64,000 nucleotides of DNA, taken from assembly GCA_963711835.1 (NCBI GenBank), contig CAVQFQ010000021.1, positions 128,001 through 192,000 of the forward strand, written 5' to 3'. Both the position numbers and the translations under genes were made by a program. Source of the DNA: an uncultured delta proteobacterium. GTDB lineage: Bacteria > Desulfobacterota > RBG-13-43-22. Each line of letters starts with the position of its first letter. The stretch's first letter is position 1. Below the pieces are notes generated by a model. That model was not told the origin of the DNA and searched no databases. It saw only the letters and a program-made list of their open reading frames with translations. This document shows, one piece after another, positions 8,979-19,408 of this stretch.

Positions 8979-11900
8979 ATGCAAAAACAGGAAAAGACAT
9001 TTACCTCTTCGGCCCTTCAGGTAAACCTGGAAAGAACAGCGGCCACAGTGGAAATTCCGGCCAGATACCAGGTCCTGCTTGATATAGCCCGGGAACATTT
9101 CGGCGTATTCAAAAGGACCCAGGATCTCCTGACCGAAATGAATCATCCCTTTGTAAACTGGGAACATGTACTGAAACAACTGCGCACCCTGTCTATGGGC
9201 GATTTCTATGATTTCAACCGCCATGAAAACGGGTTTAGTGCCTTAAAAACCCTGGTTGGAATTTACTTTGATATTATCCTTTCCCCGGCAAAAGAAGAGA
9301 CCAGAGAGACTTCTGTCCGCTATCTTTTCGATTTTTTAAACCTTATCCTTACAAAAAGTAACGGACTGCTTTCTCGGAATATGGCCATCTTTCCCGAGCT
9401 CATCGATTCCCTCAATACTATTGCCCAAAAAGAGATTTTTCTTTTCAGAAAGGGTTCGACCTATGGGAAAAAACTTCTTCAGGTTGCCATTGAGCAATCG
9501 GCTCCTGTTGATGCCGGACGGCTGAGGGATTTTCTCCATCAAGTTTTCAGGGCGACTTACCTTTTTTGGCTTGATCAGCCCGACCCTCGAGATTGGTTCG
9601 ACCGGGAGGGAGAAGAGGCCTCTTCGATTTTCATCTATGATAATATCGTAAAACCCCTGAGTCATCGGTCTATTTCCGATCTGATCGATAAGCTCGAATC
9701 GCTACCGGAAGCGACCGGAAAAGAAGACGGAAACGGAACAGCCTTTTACCTCAGCCTTCCGGACTATGCCCAAATCGTTGAAGGCTACTTGCTGATAGCC
9801 GACGAATTGGAGAGAGCGGAGGTTTACGCCGGTCGGGAATATCTGGTTAAACTCGATATCCTCTTTCATATCATCAATGTTGCCGCCCTCTCCGATATCC
9901 ACGGCCGGGCCTTGATCGAGATCAACCGCTGTCTAACCATGGTCTTTCGGGAGGAGAACCCGGAAAATTTAAATGATTTTCTCCGAAAAGTTTTTTATCT
10001 CCTAAAAAAATGTACCTCCTGCACCCAGTACCGCAGCACGATCCTCCATTGTATCATTACCGTGGCCCGGGAGGTCTTCAAGCTGAACCACCATCCCCTG
10101 GTGGATATCTTTATTGAAGAGCTGATTGCCTTCGGCTTCCAGCATCCGCAATTGGCAGGATCCACCACAGAATGGCAGATCAAGGTAAATCCGGTCCACA
10201 TTGAAAATATACGCGCCTGGCTTGAAATCATCGCCCTGAAACCCAGATGGACCAAAAGACTGCTCTCGGCGCTTATCATTAATTTAAAAATCGGCGGCGT
10301 CTTCGTCCGGGACACCGATCTCCTCCAGAAAAATATCTCGGCCCTTCTTAACGCCGATATTGCACCGGCTTACAATCTGGTCAAGCAACTCCTTAGGTTA
10401 TTCCCAATCTATTTCAGTGAGATCGGCGCCGAAGGGGAACTTCGGGAAATATCGACGCAGGTGGATGAACTGTTTTCGCGCCAAGAGCTGGTTATCCATT
10501 TTCTGCGCAAACAATCTCACGTGGAGAGCAACAGTTTGCTGGTCACCTTCCTGGAAAACGCCTTTCGTTATTGGGCCTCCGGGATAAAGGGTCATCTTCG
10601 CCACCATCTTCCTGACGAAGTTTATGAGCAGATTCCGGAAGGCGGCCAAGAAACGACCGGTCTTCGAACCCTATTTGAAAACCTTTTTGAAAAAGTAAAC
10701 GGAGACCCTGCGGGTTTCCTGGATTGGGACAGCTCCAGGATTTTTAAAGAGATCCAAGCCGTAGCCGGGCTTTCGGAGAAGGACCGGGAGCGGGCCAAAC
10801 TCCTTATTCGTTTCTATCAACTTCTTTATAAAAAATACAATCCGCAGCACATCGAAGTGATCAAGAACATCGAGGCTTCTTTCTTGTTCGATCCGGCGAA
10901 AGTCCATGCCCTCAAACGCCATCTCCAAGAGAAAAAACAAGATAAGAGTCTGGCCATCATTCTCGGCTTTCTCTCTCATCTCAAGGAGAAGATACTCTCA
11001 CCGGAAAAAACGGAATATGTTGAGAATATTTATCGTAAAAGACATATTGCCGCCGGCATCCCCTCCATGTACGGGACCTATCACGAAGAAAAATTTGAAG
11101 CCTTGGGACTTTCCCTGCGTTTGGAGAGTTTTGCCACCGTCCTCTTCGAGGAACTCATCCGGTCCCTTAATTTGACTTTTATAACTAAAAGTACCTTGAA
11201 GAGAATTCATCATTATCTCTGGCTTTATGTAAAGGCCCTGGACATCGAGGGGATTACCACCGAAGGTCTGACGGCCAAAATGAAGTATGTCAGCCACGCT
11301 TTGGAGATCAAACAGTTTTCGTTTGACCAGTATATTGATATCTTCCAATTCATCTCCAAAGGTATTCAGGATATTATCAGGGATTATCACATCGATGCCC
11401 ATCGCCCCAACCTTCCCATAATAATCGGTCAAATCATCAAGGAAAACGGCCCGGGCTCAGGTCAAAGGTCCATTCCCTCCGGAAACGAGGAAATTTACTA
11501 TCAACTTTCCGAGAGTTTTATCCGGGCCGCCATATCATCGGCCTTCGGTCTCCAGGTGCTCGATAATTTTATCAACAGCATCCTGAGAACCCTTCAAGCC
11601 GAATTGGAAAAGTTTAAGGAAAACAAGCAAATTTTGACCCTGGTGATGTCCTATGATCCGGAAATGACCATCACCCCCCTCTACCAGCGCAGTAAAAGAC
11701 TCGACAACCAGATACTCCTTGGAAGTAAGGGATATTTTCTGAAAGAACTGGCTTCCATGGATTTTCCGGTTCCTCCCGGATTTGTCCTGACCACAGAAGT
11801 CTTCCGAAGGATCGAGGCCTTATTGGGCTACCGATACATTATGGAGGATCTCCATGTCAGAATCGGAAAAGAAATAAGGCGACTGGAAAGGATCGTCGGG

Positions 11901-13199
11901 AGAAAATTCGGAGATCCCAAAAATCCGCTTCTTTTAAGTGTCCGAAGCGGGGCCACCCTTTCCCTGCCGGGGATGATGCAATCGATCTTGAATGTCGGCA
12001 TTAATGAAAAGATTGCCGAAGGATTGAGCAAGAAAACAGCTTTCCCCTGGGCCGCCTGGGATTCCTACCGGAGATTTCTCCAGAGCTATGGGATGTTAAG
12101 GGGACTTGACCGGAATTTTTTCGACTCCATTATCGATACCTTCAAACAGAAGTATGGGGTCAGTCGAAAGATCCAGTTTGCCCCGCAACAAATGAAGCAG
12201 GTCGCCCTGGGTTACAGGCAGGCCTTGGAAGAAAAAGGAATAAAGGTTCCAGACCACCCTGCCGATCAGCTTCAGGATGCCATCCTCCAGGTCATTGCCT
12301 CTTGGAATTCGGAACAGGCCAGGATTTACCGCCGTCAGATGCACCTGTCCGATGAATGGGGCACGGCCGTCATCATCCAATCCATGATCTTCGGAAATCT
12401 AAATGACCAATCCGGATCCGGCGTGATCTTCACCCGGGACCCGAAAGAATCCTCCCCCGGAATCAATCTATACGGTGATTTCATTTTCGGAGTCCAGGGA
12501 GACGACATCGTTTCCGGCCTGGTTTCCACGTATCCCATATCGGAAAAACAGAGACTGACGGAAAGAAAAGATACGCTGATCTCTTTAGAGGCCAATTTTC
12601 CGGAGATCTACGAAGAACTCGTCCATCTTTCCGAAAAATTAATTTATGATAAGAGATTCAACCACCAGGAAATCGAGTTCACCTTTGAGAATGCGACCCG
12701 GGAGGGACTCTATATCCTTCAGACCCGAGACATGGTCCAGCGGGAAACCCAAAAACTGGAGATGTTCAAAGAGACCGAGGAACTGAAAAGGGACCTGCTC
12801 GGTACCGGAATCGGGGTGAGCGGCGGGGCCTTGTCAGGAAGGGCCGTATACTCCGAAGAGGAAATCCGTTACTATCGTGAAAAAGAACCGGAAACGCCGT
12901 TGATTCTCATCCGGCCCGATTCAGTTCCTGATGACGTGGGGGTCCTCCTCCAGGTCGAAGGCCTATTGACGGCCAAAGGGGGAAGTACTTCCCATGCAGC
13001 GGTCACCATCCCCCAGCTCGATAAGGTCGGCGTAGTGGGGTTTACCAAACTGAGCGTCTATGAAACCAGAGGATTGAGTACGGTTGATGGTCGAACCATA
13101 CGGGGTGGGGACTTTATTTCCATTGATGGTTGGACCGGCGCCGTGTACCAGGGCTTTCATGAAAAGGAAGCCCAGGAATCCAACCGGGTAACTTTATAA
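8979..13199 (+). CDS. PPDK-like dikinase with ~900-aa unknown N-terminus and no pyruvate-binding barrel
   Basis: LLGSKG, PVPPGF and PLLLSVRSGA…PGMM nucleotide-binding domain; C-terminal GGSTSHAA phospho-His domain. Confidence 0.85.
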   Translation: MQKQEKTFTSSALQVNLERTAATVEIPARYQVLLDIAREHFGVFKRTQDLLTEMNHPFVNWEHVLKQLRTLSMGDFYDFNRHENGFSALKTLVGIYFDIILSPAKEETRETSVRYLFDFLNLILTKSNGLLSRNMAIFPELIDSLNTIAQKEIFLFRKGSTYGKKLLQVAIEQSAPVDAGRLRDFLHQVFRATYLFWLDQPDPRDWFDREGEEASSIFIYDNIVKPLSHRSISDLIDKLESLPEATGKEDGNGTAFYLSLPDYAQIVEGYLLIADELERAEVYAGREYLVKLDILFHIINVAALSDIHGRALIEINRCLTMVFREENPENLNDFLRKVFYLLKKCTSCTQYRSTILHCIITVAREVFKLNHHPLVDIFIEELIAFGFQHPQLAGSTTEWQIKVNPVHIENIRAWLEIIALKPRWTKRLLSALIINLKIGGVFVRDTDLLQKNISALLNADIAPAYNLVKQLLRLFPIYFSEIGAEGELREISTQVDELFSRQELVIHFLRKQSHVESNSLLVTFLENAFRYWASGIKGHLRHHLPDEVYEQIPEGGQETTGLRTLFENLFEKVNGDPAGFLDWDSSRIFKEIQAVAGLSEKDRERAKLLIRFYQLLYKKYNPQHIEVIKNIEASFLFDPAKVHALKRHLQEKKQDKSLAIILGFLSHLKEKILSPEKTEYVENIYRKRHIAAGIPSMYGTYHEEKFEALGLSLRLESFATVLFEELIRSLNLTFITKSTLKRIHHYLWLYVKALDIEGITTEGLTAKMKYVSHALEIKQFSFDQYIDIFQFISKGIQDIIRDYHIDAHRPNLPIIIGQIIKENGPGSGQRSIPSGNEEIYYQLSESFIRAAISSAFGLQVLDNFINSILRTLQAELEKFKENKQILTLVMSYDPEMTITPLYQRSKRLDNQILLGSKGYFLKELASMDFPVPPGFVLTTEVFRRIEALLGYRYIMEDLHVRIGKEIRRLERIVGRKFGDPKNPLLLSVRSGATLSLPGMMQSILNVGINEKIAEGLSKKTAFPWAAWDSYRRFLQSYGMLRGLDRNFFDSIIDTFKQKYGVSRKIQFAPQQMKQVALGYRQALEEKGIKVPDHPADQLQDAILQVIASWNSEQARIYRRQMHLSDEWGTAVIIQSMIFGNLNDQSGSGVIFTRDPKESSPGINLYGDFIFGVQGDDIVSGLVSTYPISEKQRLTERKDTLISLEANFPEIYEELVHLSEKLIYDKRFNHQEIEFTFENATREGLYILQTRDMVQRETQKLEMFKETEELKRDLLGTGIGVSGGALSGRAVYSEEEIRYYREKEPETPLILIRPDSVPDDVGVLLQVEGLLTAKGGSTSHAAVTIPQLDKVGVVGFTKLSVYETRGLSTVDGRTIRGGDFISIDGWTGAVYQGFHEKEAQESNRVTL

Positions 13200-13203
13200 A
13201 AAT

Positions 13204-13296
13204 AGTTCGGAGTTTAGAGTTCGGAGCTCGGAGTTTGAAGTTTGAAATTCGAAATTAACGGTTTTTGCTCCGAAGGCATTACTCCGAACTCCGAAC
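13204..13296. repeat. Heptamer tandem repeats in inverted arrangement
   Basis: (GTTCGGA)n … (CTCCGAA)n between convergent genes. Confidence 0.75.
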
Positions 13297-13346
13297 GGTC
13301 TGTTTGATTTATAACCCCTCTTTAGTCCTTCAATTACACTTCCAAT

Positions 13347-14624
13347 TTACGTCAGCTGCTTGTGGACGTGGATGGTCAAATCTCCCAAACGGTTCACATA
13401 GCTCCCGTACTCATTATCGTACCATCCGAAGATCTTGGCATGAACCACCGGTACCCTGAGCATATTCATGGGGAGGGACGGCAGTATCTGCGGTGACCAA
13501 CCGGGAATACAGGCACAGTCGATATCGATAAATGAGGTGCGGGTGTGATTGAACTGGCCTTCGATCACCACGGCAGCATTCAACCCGATCAGATCACTGG
13601 AGACATTTTGTTCCATTGAAAAAACGAGCAATTTTTCCGGGTCCCGCTCGCTGACCTTCTGATAGATCCGGTTGATGGTATTGGTGTCCAGTTCGAAGGC
13701 CGTTCCATTCGGAGTGTTCTTGCTCTGAAAAGTGACATTAAGGACGATAAGCGATTCCGTGTTGGTGGGTACCCGAATGGAATCGGCCATAAAACCGATA
13801 TTCTTGACCTCCGGGATGACTTCTGCCAGAGCCGCTGCGGCATTGGTAGAGGTAAGAATGATATTATTGAGGATACTCCTGTTCTTTCTCAAATCCTTCT
13901 CACCCGCCTTCGGCATGGAATCGAGGACGGCCTGGGAATTGGTTACGGCATGGATCGTCGAAAGAGAAGCGGTCAGGATCTTGTTCGTCTCTTCATTTTC
14001 CAAAAGGGGTTTGACCATGTGGGCCAGCCCCGTGGTGGTACATGATGCCGCGGATAGGACCTGATGGTTTTTCTTATCGTAGGCGGCATGGTTGATACCG
14101 TAGATCAGGGTGACCGCATCCCTCGGTGTGGTCAGGGCCTTGTCTTTTATTTTAAAGGGAGAGGAATTGATCACCACTTTGGGCCCGGCCGACAAATGGC
14201 CTCTGATTGAGCCTTTTTTATCATCGGGAGGGACTGTGGGGTCCCTGAACTGGCTGGTGCATTCCACAACCAGATCCACGCCGTGATCCCGCCATTTGAT
14301 CTCCGCTGGGTTTCGCGCCTCTCGCAGAATAGTTACGGGGACACCGTCAATAAGAAGTTTTCCGGCCTTCTCATCAACGATCTCGATCAACCGTTCTCCT
14401 TTAATTCCGTAGAGAAAACGGTGGAGTGGCCCGTAAGTGGTATCGGTTTCAATCCGCTGGGCAATGGTCTGCAATCCAGTCCCTATTTCCCGTCCCGTAT
14501 TGACAACGATCTCCTGGAAGTATTTACGCGCCAGGTGATTCCACACGGTCAGCTTTCCGATTCTACCTAACCCGTTAATTCCGATGACCGGCCGTTTATT
14601 TTCAAACACCTGAACTCTCGCCAT
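13347..14624 (-). CDS. Divergent GAPDH-family dehydrogenase
   Basis: INGLGRIG, ASCTTTGL, TIHA and WYDNEYG motifs; ~90 aa longer than the other gap. Confidence 0.9.
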   Translation of the reverse strand: MARVQVFENKRPVIGINGLGRIGKLTVWNHLARKYFQEIVVNTGREIGTGLQTIAQRIETDTTYGPLHRFLYGIKGERLIEIVDEKAGKLLIDGVPVTILREARNPAEIKWRDHGVDLVVECTSQFRDPTVPPDDKKGSIRGHLSAGPKVVINSSPFKIKDKALTTPRDAVTLIYGINHAAYDKKNHQVLSAASCTTTGLAHMVKPLLENEETNKILTASLSTIHAVTNSQAVLDSMPKAGEKDLRKNRSILNNIILTSTNAAAALAEVIPEVKNIGFMADSIRVPTNTESLIVLNVTFQSKNTPNGTAFELDTNTINRIYQKVSERDPEKLLVFSMEQNVSSDLIGLNAAVVIEGQFNHTRTSFIDIDCACIPGWSPQILPSLPMNMLRVPVVHAKIFGWYDNEYGSYVNRLGDLTIHVHKQLT

Positions 14625-15169
14625 AGTGCACCTCCTATAGATTCGTCTGAGTATTCAATAAGAAAAGGGTATCCTTTCCCTAACCTTTGGGGGAAAGGGT
14701 ATGGAGTATAAGCTTTACTCTTCCGGCCAAGGCCTTACCTGTTCTTAAATATTATAGAAATATATACACATTTTTTGAATCAAATGTCAACTGGCTGAAG
14801 GAACGCTTACCTCCCTTCACTTGCCGATAACTATTGGATTTAAAGGGCTTTTCTTGGGGTCTTAAACTTAATATAGCCTGTTATATCAAAAGGATTTTGT
14901 TTAAAACAAGTGATAACAAAAGCGGGCAAGTTGTTGAAAATTGAGGTCCTGGTGTCTTTACGGTGAACTTGAAATCTTATTCGAGCTGCCTGTGGTTTGC
15001 AGATAACCACCCGATCGGCGGACCTTCCGATCTCTCAAAGAAAGCCTCCAGCAGCATCAAGGCGGTAGGGCCGACCACGGTTATTATGGCACCCGGTTTT
15101 TTCAGACCAAGAAAAAAAGGGGCAAATAATAAACCTACCCCTTTTATAGAACCCCTTCAACTCAAGGGC

Positions 15170-15598
15170 TTAATCAACTATAATAACGTCCTTGATTTTC
15201 TTGAAGGTCCCTTCCTTGATCCCCTTAACCTTCATGACATCCTCGGGTTTCTTATAAGGACGCCCGTCTATGATGGCTTGGGCCTTGGCCGGGCCGATTT
15301 CCGGAAGGGCTTCCAGTTGCGCCTTGGTGGCCTTGTTCAGGTTGACCTTCTGACCCGGGGCCAGCTTGGCGGCCGGTGCGGCAGCCTTTTCCTTCGGAGC
15401 GGGAGTCTCCTTGGCGGCTGGGGCTTTAGCCGGGGCTTCCTTAGCCGGCGCCTTGGCACCCGGTGCCGTTGCGCCCGTGTCGGTGGCCGCCTTTTCTGTC
15501 TTGCCATAAACGGCGGGGTTTAATCCCAGGACTACAAAAATCCCCACAAAAATCATCCAGCAGGTTACTTTTGAAAACCTCATTTTCCTTTGGATCAT
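15170..15598 (-). CDS. ComEA-like helix-hairpin-helix DNA-binding protein
   Basis: Signal peptide, Ala/Pro/Lys linker, VNLNKAT…LPEIGP…VKGI. Confidence 0.85.
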   Translation of the reverse strand: MIQRKMRFSKVTCWMIFVGIFVVLGLNPAVYGKTEKAATDTGATAPGAKAPAKEAPAKAPAAKETPAPKEKAAAPAAKLAPGQKVNLNKATKAQLEALPEIGPAKAQAIIDGRPYKKPEDVMKVKGIKEGTFKKIKDVIIVD

Positions 15599-15666
15599 AG
15601 CCTTCTCCTCTCTTTTTTAGATTTTATGAATCCCACCTTATAGTAAACCATACTTAGGTTCCTGCC

Positions 15667-16569
15667 TCAAGAGGATTTTCGCTGCTTGAAGCCCAGCCAG
15701 ACGATATAAACAATCATGAAGATGGTGGAGACCGCAGCCGGCAAGGCGGTCCGATCGCCGAACAGGGCCAGGGCCAACCCGGCCGCCAGACCCGTATTCT
15801 TATTCGTCCCCAGGAGTACCAGGCTGATAACCTTTTTGGGATCGACCTTAAAAATTCGGCCAATCTTTTCGATCGCGATTCCCAATCCAAAGCTGCTGAC
15901 CAGGGCCACCAGGGCCACCGGGGCAATAACCAGGGGCTGCCTGAAAAAGATGGCCTGATTCAGTCCCACGATGGTGTAGGTAACCAGAAAAAAGCCCCAA
16001 TTGGTCAGGGTCCCTTTGTAGGGCTCAATTTTTTGGGACAGCCCGGTCCACAGCAAAAAGCGGGATAAAACCAGGGGAATCAGAATCAGTTCGATCATAA
16101 TCCAGATCAGTTTGCTTTGATCCACAAATTCCGATCCGAGAAAACCAACTGCAATAAGAGGCATGAGAACCAGGGCCCCCAGGTAACAGCCGATGGTCGC
16201 CACCAGTGAAAAAGGGCCATCCCCTTTTAAAAGCATGGTAAAGGGAATAACGGCCACCGCAGGAGGAACGGCTATGACGATGATAAAACCGGCTTTCAGG
16301 GCCTCTTCCTGAATCAGCAGGGTCTTGAACCCGAACAGGACCGCGCCTAAGATCCCATAATTCATCACCAGCCCAATCAGGATCGGCAAGACCAGGGCCC
16401 GGGGAGAATAAAAGACACTCCCAGGTACCCCCATAACCGCCAGGGTCATGATCCCGGCCAGGGCTGGAATGACCATCTCCTTGGTCCAGCCGGCGCCCCC
16501 GCCTGCGGCCAGGCCCAGCACAATAGAGAGAAGCAGGAGGAATTCACGGTTGCGAAGCAGTTTAATCAT
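15667..16569 (-). CDS. Bile acid:sodium symporter-family membrane protein
   Basis: About 9-10 TM segments, VPPAVA and KNTGLA motifs. Confidence 0.7.
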   Translation of the reverse strand: MIKLLRNREFLLLLSIVLGLAAGGGAGWTKEMVIPALAGIMTLAVMGVPGSVFYSPRALVLPILIGLVMNYGILGAVLFGFKTLLIQEEALKAGFIIVIAVPPAVAVIPFTMLLKGDGPFSLVATIGCYLGALVLMPLIAVGFLGSEFVDQSKLIWIMIELILIPLVLSRFLLWTGLSQKIEPYKGTLTNWGFFLVTYTIVGLNQAIFFRQPLVIAPVALVALVSSFGLGIAIEKIGRIFKVDPKKVISLVLLGTNKNTGLAAGLALALFGDRTALPAAVSTIFMIVYIVWLGFKQRKSS

Positions 16570-16661
16570 GCCTACCTTTCGGTGGTTGTTCTTTAGTCTT
16601 AGAGGCCCTGATGATAAACCATTTTCTTTGACGAATGGATTCCGAAGCCATCCAGAATCTG

Positions 16662-18504
16662 CTACACCGGTATGGGGGCGATGACCTGGGAGGAGACGAA
16701 CATCCAGGTCACCAGGCAGGCGTTCACCAGGGCACCCAGGTAGATCTTTCCTGTCAGTTGAAAGAACCAGGTCGAAATAGGAACGGTCATGAGCAGCACG
16801 ATAATGATATGAAACAGATTGAGGACAAAGGTCACGAACATCCCGCCTGGACCGACAAAAGGAATGAAGCCGGTAGTGAACAGCGGGATATACTGGATCA
16901 TCAGAAAGAGGATCAAAGGCGAAACCAGGACCATTATATTCAAAAAAGACCAGGAGATAAAGGTTCCCATCCAGGTCTTTTTCAGGGGGCGGCGCAACTG
17001 GCCGTGGAGCAGGATGCCGGTTCCCAGGAACCCGGCCAGAAGAAAGGGAAAATAGAGCAGACAGACCTTGGCTCGAGAGAAGGTCAGATCGCTGGCAAAG
17101 GGAAAGATAAACCGAAAATCCACGATAAAAACCTGTTCCAGCAGGTGCTCGCAGGCATAGGCAAAGAAAAAAAGCAACAACCCAAGAAGTATGGTTTTTA
17201 CCAGGACTCCCCTCTCCAGACCGAATCCGTCCTGACGGTAGGAAATCCCCAGATCAGCTAAAGTCACCCCGGTTTCAAGGCGCTTCGTTCGGTACCATCT
17301 TTTGAAAATAAAAAAACCGATCACATTAATCCAGAAAAACCACCAGACCGTGCCGTTGACCATCATCATGGGGAAGACCCGGTCGATGCGGACCAGATAG
17401 ACATGAAGGCCGAAGAGGACAAATATCAGAGGCAGATAAAGCCACATCAGAACGGCATTCAGTCCGGCTATTTTGAAAAAGGTTTTGGCGCTGCAGGTGG
17501 TTGCCGAAGAAATAGATCTTGGGATACCGCTGAAAAAAGAAGGCTTCAGAAGCATGGCGCCCAAGGGCAGAATCGAAGCCAGACCGGCCAGCATAGCCGC
17601 CAGGGTAGCCCATTCCTTGACCGGCCAGATCTGTTTACGGGGATCAATCCAGGCCTTTTCGGAAGGGTGCAAAGCCATCTTCATCCAGGTCAAGGCCTCG
17701 GCAATGGCGGCCCGATTGTGCGACTCCTGGACATGGGTCACCGGGGGAATGAAAACCTTCCGGGCCGTTCCCCGGGAAAAATCGCCGTAAGTATGGTTGA
17801 TACCCGGGTTTTCAAAGGGGATCACCTTTTGGCTTTGCGGGGTCTGCATCCACTCCCGTTCAATATCCCGGACCCCGGTCATCCGCTTCCGGTATTCATC
17901 GTATTTCCCGATAATCATGAGCATGTTTTTTGGGTTCGATGCCGTGGCATCCAGACGATAGGCAAAGCCGGAGAAGACCAGGGCCTTGACGCCGGAATCT
18001 TTCAGGGCCACATTATAGGACCACTCAGCCCCCAGGCTGTGGCCCATCAAGCCCACAGACTCCGGATCGACGAAGGCCAGGCTTCTCAGAGTAGTGAAAG
18101 GAGGAAAAAACACCATAGGTCTTGTCGAAATCAGGGGCCTTGGGTTCATTCGGGTTTCCTGAATTGCCTCGGCCGATGGCATCAAGGCCGAGGACCACGA
18201 AACCTCGTCTGGCCAGCTCCAGGCAATAGGCGTCACTGGTTTCCCGGTTATTCTGGTAGCCATGGGCATAGACAATCCCCGGGACGGGCTGGGTCGGGGA
18301 GGCTTCCTGGGGGCGAAACAGTTTGGCCCTGATGGGGATACCGTTGAAATTCTTGTAGTCTGCATTGGTCACCTCCACCCGGCCGAAATCCGTCTGGACC
18401 AGGGAGGCGACAACAACCGAAGCTACAAGAATAAATAGGCTGATTACGAAAAAGACAAGGTAACTAACCAGGCCGGGCGGCTGAATAGACGGTTCGTTTT
18501 TCAT
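16662..18504 (-). CDS. Membrane-anchored alpha/beta hydrolase (one frameshift near 18090)
   Basis: ORFs 18025-18504 and 16662-18365 join across an extra base; YAHG and GHSLG motifs, multi-TM C-terminus. Confidence 0.75.
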
Positions 18505-18706
18505 TTTCTTCGACTCCCTTCCCTTAGCTTTTTAGACCTTCCCTTGGCCCCGGCCCTTTTGCTTTCTTTGATCCGAAATAATTATATTCCCTTATGCCAT
18601 AATCCTCAATCGATGAATTTCAAAGGCCCGATATTGACAGACCATGCGGATTTTCATAACATGACATAAAAAGATCCGGAAACTTAACACCACAAGGAGA
18701 CCGACT

Positions 18707-19294
18707 ATGATTAAATACAACGGGATTAATCATCTGGCTATGGCGACGGGAGATATGGATCGGACGATACGGTTTTGGAGAGACCTCCTGGGAATGCGTT
18801 TGGTGGCCGGACTGGGGAAACCCGGGTACCGCCATTATTTTTTCCAGATCAGCGAAGACGATCTTCTGGCCTTTTTTGAATGGCCGGGCGTTGAACCGGT
18901 GGAGGAAAAGGACCACGGCTATCCGGTGAAAGGCCCTTTCGTTTTCGATCACATCGCCTTCGGGGTGGAAACCCCTGATGATCTATGGGAGGTCAAGGAT
19001 CGATTAGAGGCCGCCGGGTTTGAGGTCTCAGGGGTGATCAACCACGGCTTTATCCATTCCATCTACGCCTTTGATCCCAACGGCATCCCCATCGAATTCA
19101 GTCACACTGTCGAAGGAGTGAATATCCGGCAGTCTCCGACCATGCGAGATGCCGCCCCTTCGGCCGTCAGCCGGGAAGGGGCGGAACCCAATCCCAAGGT
19201 CTGGCCGGCAGTTGCGAATCCGACGCCCCGGGAGAAACGCAAGGTCTATCCGGGGGTGGGAAGTGAGTTGTTTCACGGGATAAAGAAAGAATAA
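18707..19294 (+). CDS. VOC/glyoxalase-family protein
   Basis: INHLAM…FWRDLLGM, DHIAF and SIYAFDPNGIPIEF motifs. Confidence 0.9.
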   Translation: MIKYNGINHLAMATGDMDRTIRFWRDLLGMRLVAGLGKPGYRHYFFQISEDDLLAFFEWPGVEPVEEKDHGYPVKGPFVFDHIAFGVETPDDLWEVKDRLEAAGFEVSGVINHGFIHSIYAFDPNGIPIEFSHTVEGVNIRQSPTMRDAAPSAVSREGAEPNPKVWPAVANPTPREKRKVYPGVGSELFHGIKKE

Positions 19295-19354
19295 GTCAGG
19301 TTGAACAACCCCAGAAAAGAAGACCCCCCGGTCCCTTAATCAGCCTCCAAAGCA

Positions 19355-19385
19355 AGAAGCCCATCCTTTTCCAGGATGGGCTTCT
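19355..19385. terminator. Hairpin between convergent VOC gene and dsrP
   Basis: AGAAGCCCATCCT…AGGATGGGCTTCT. Confidence 0.65.
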
Positions 19386-19408
19386 AAATTACCGGCTAAA
19401 ATAATTTC

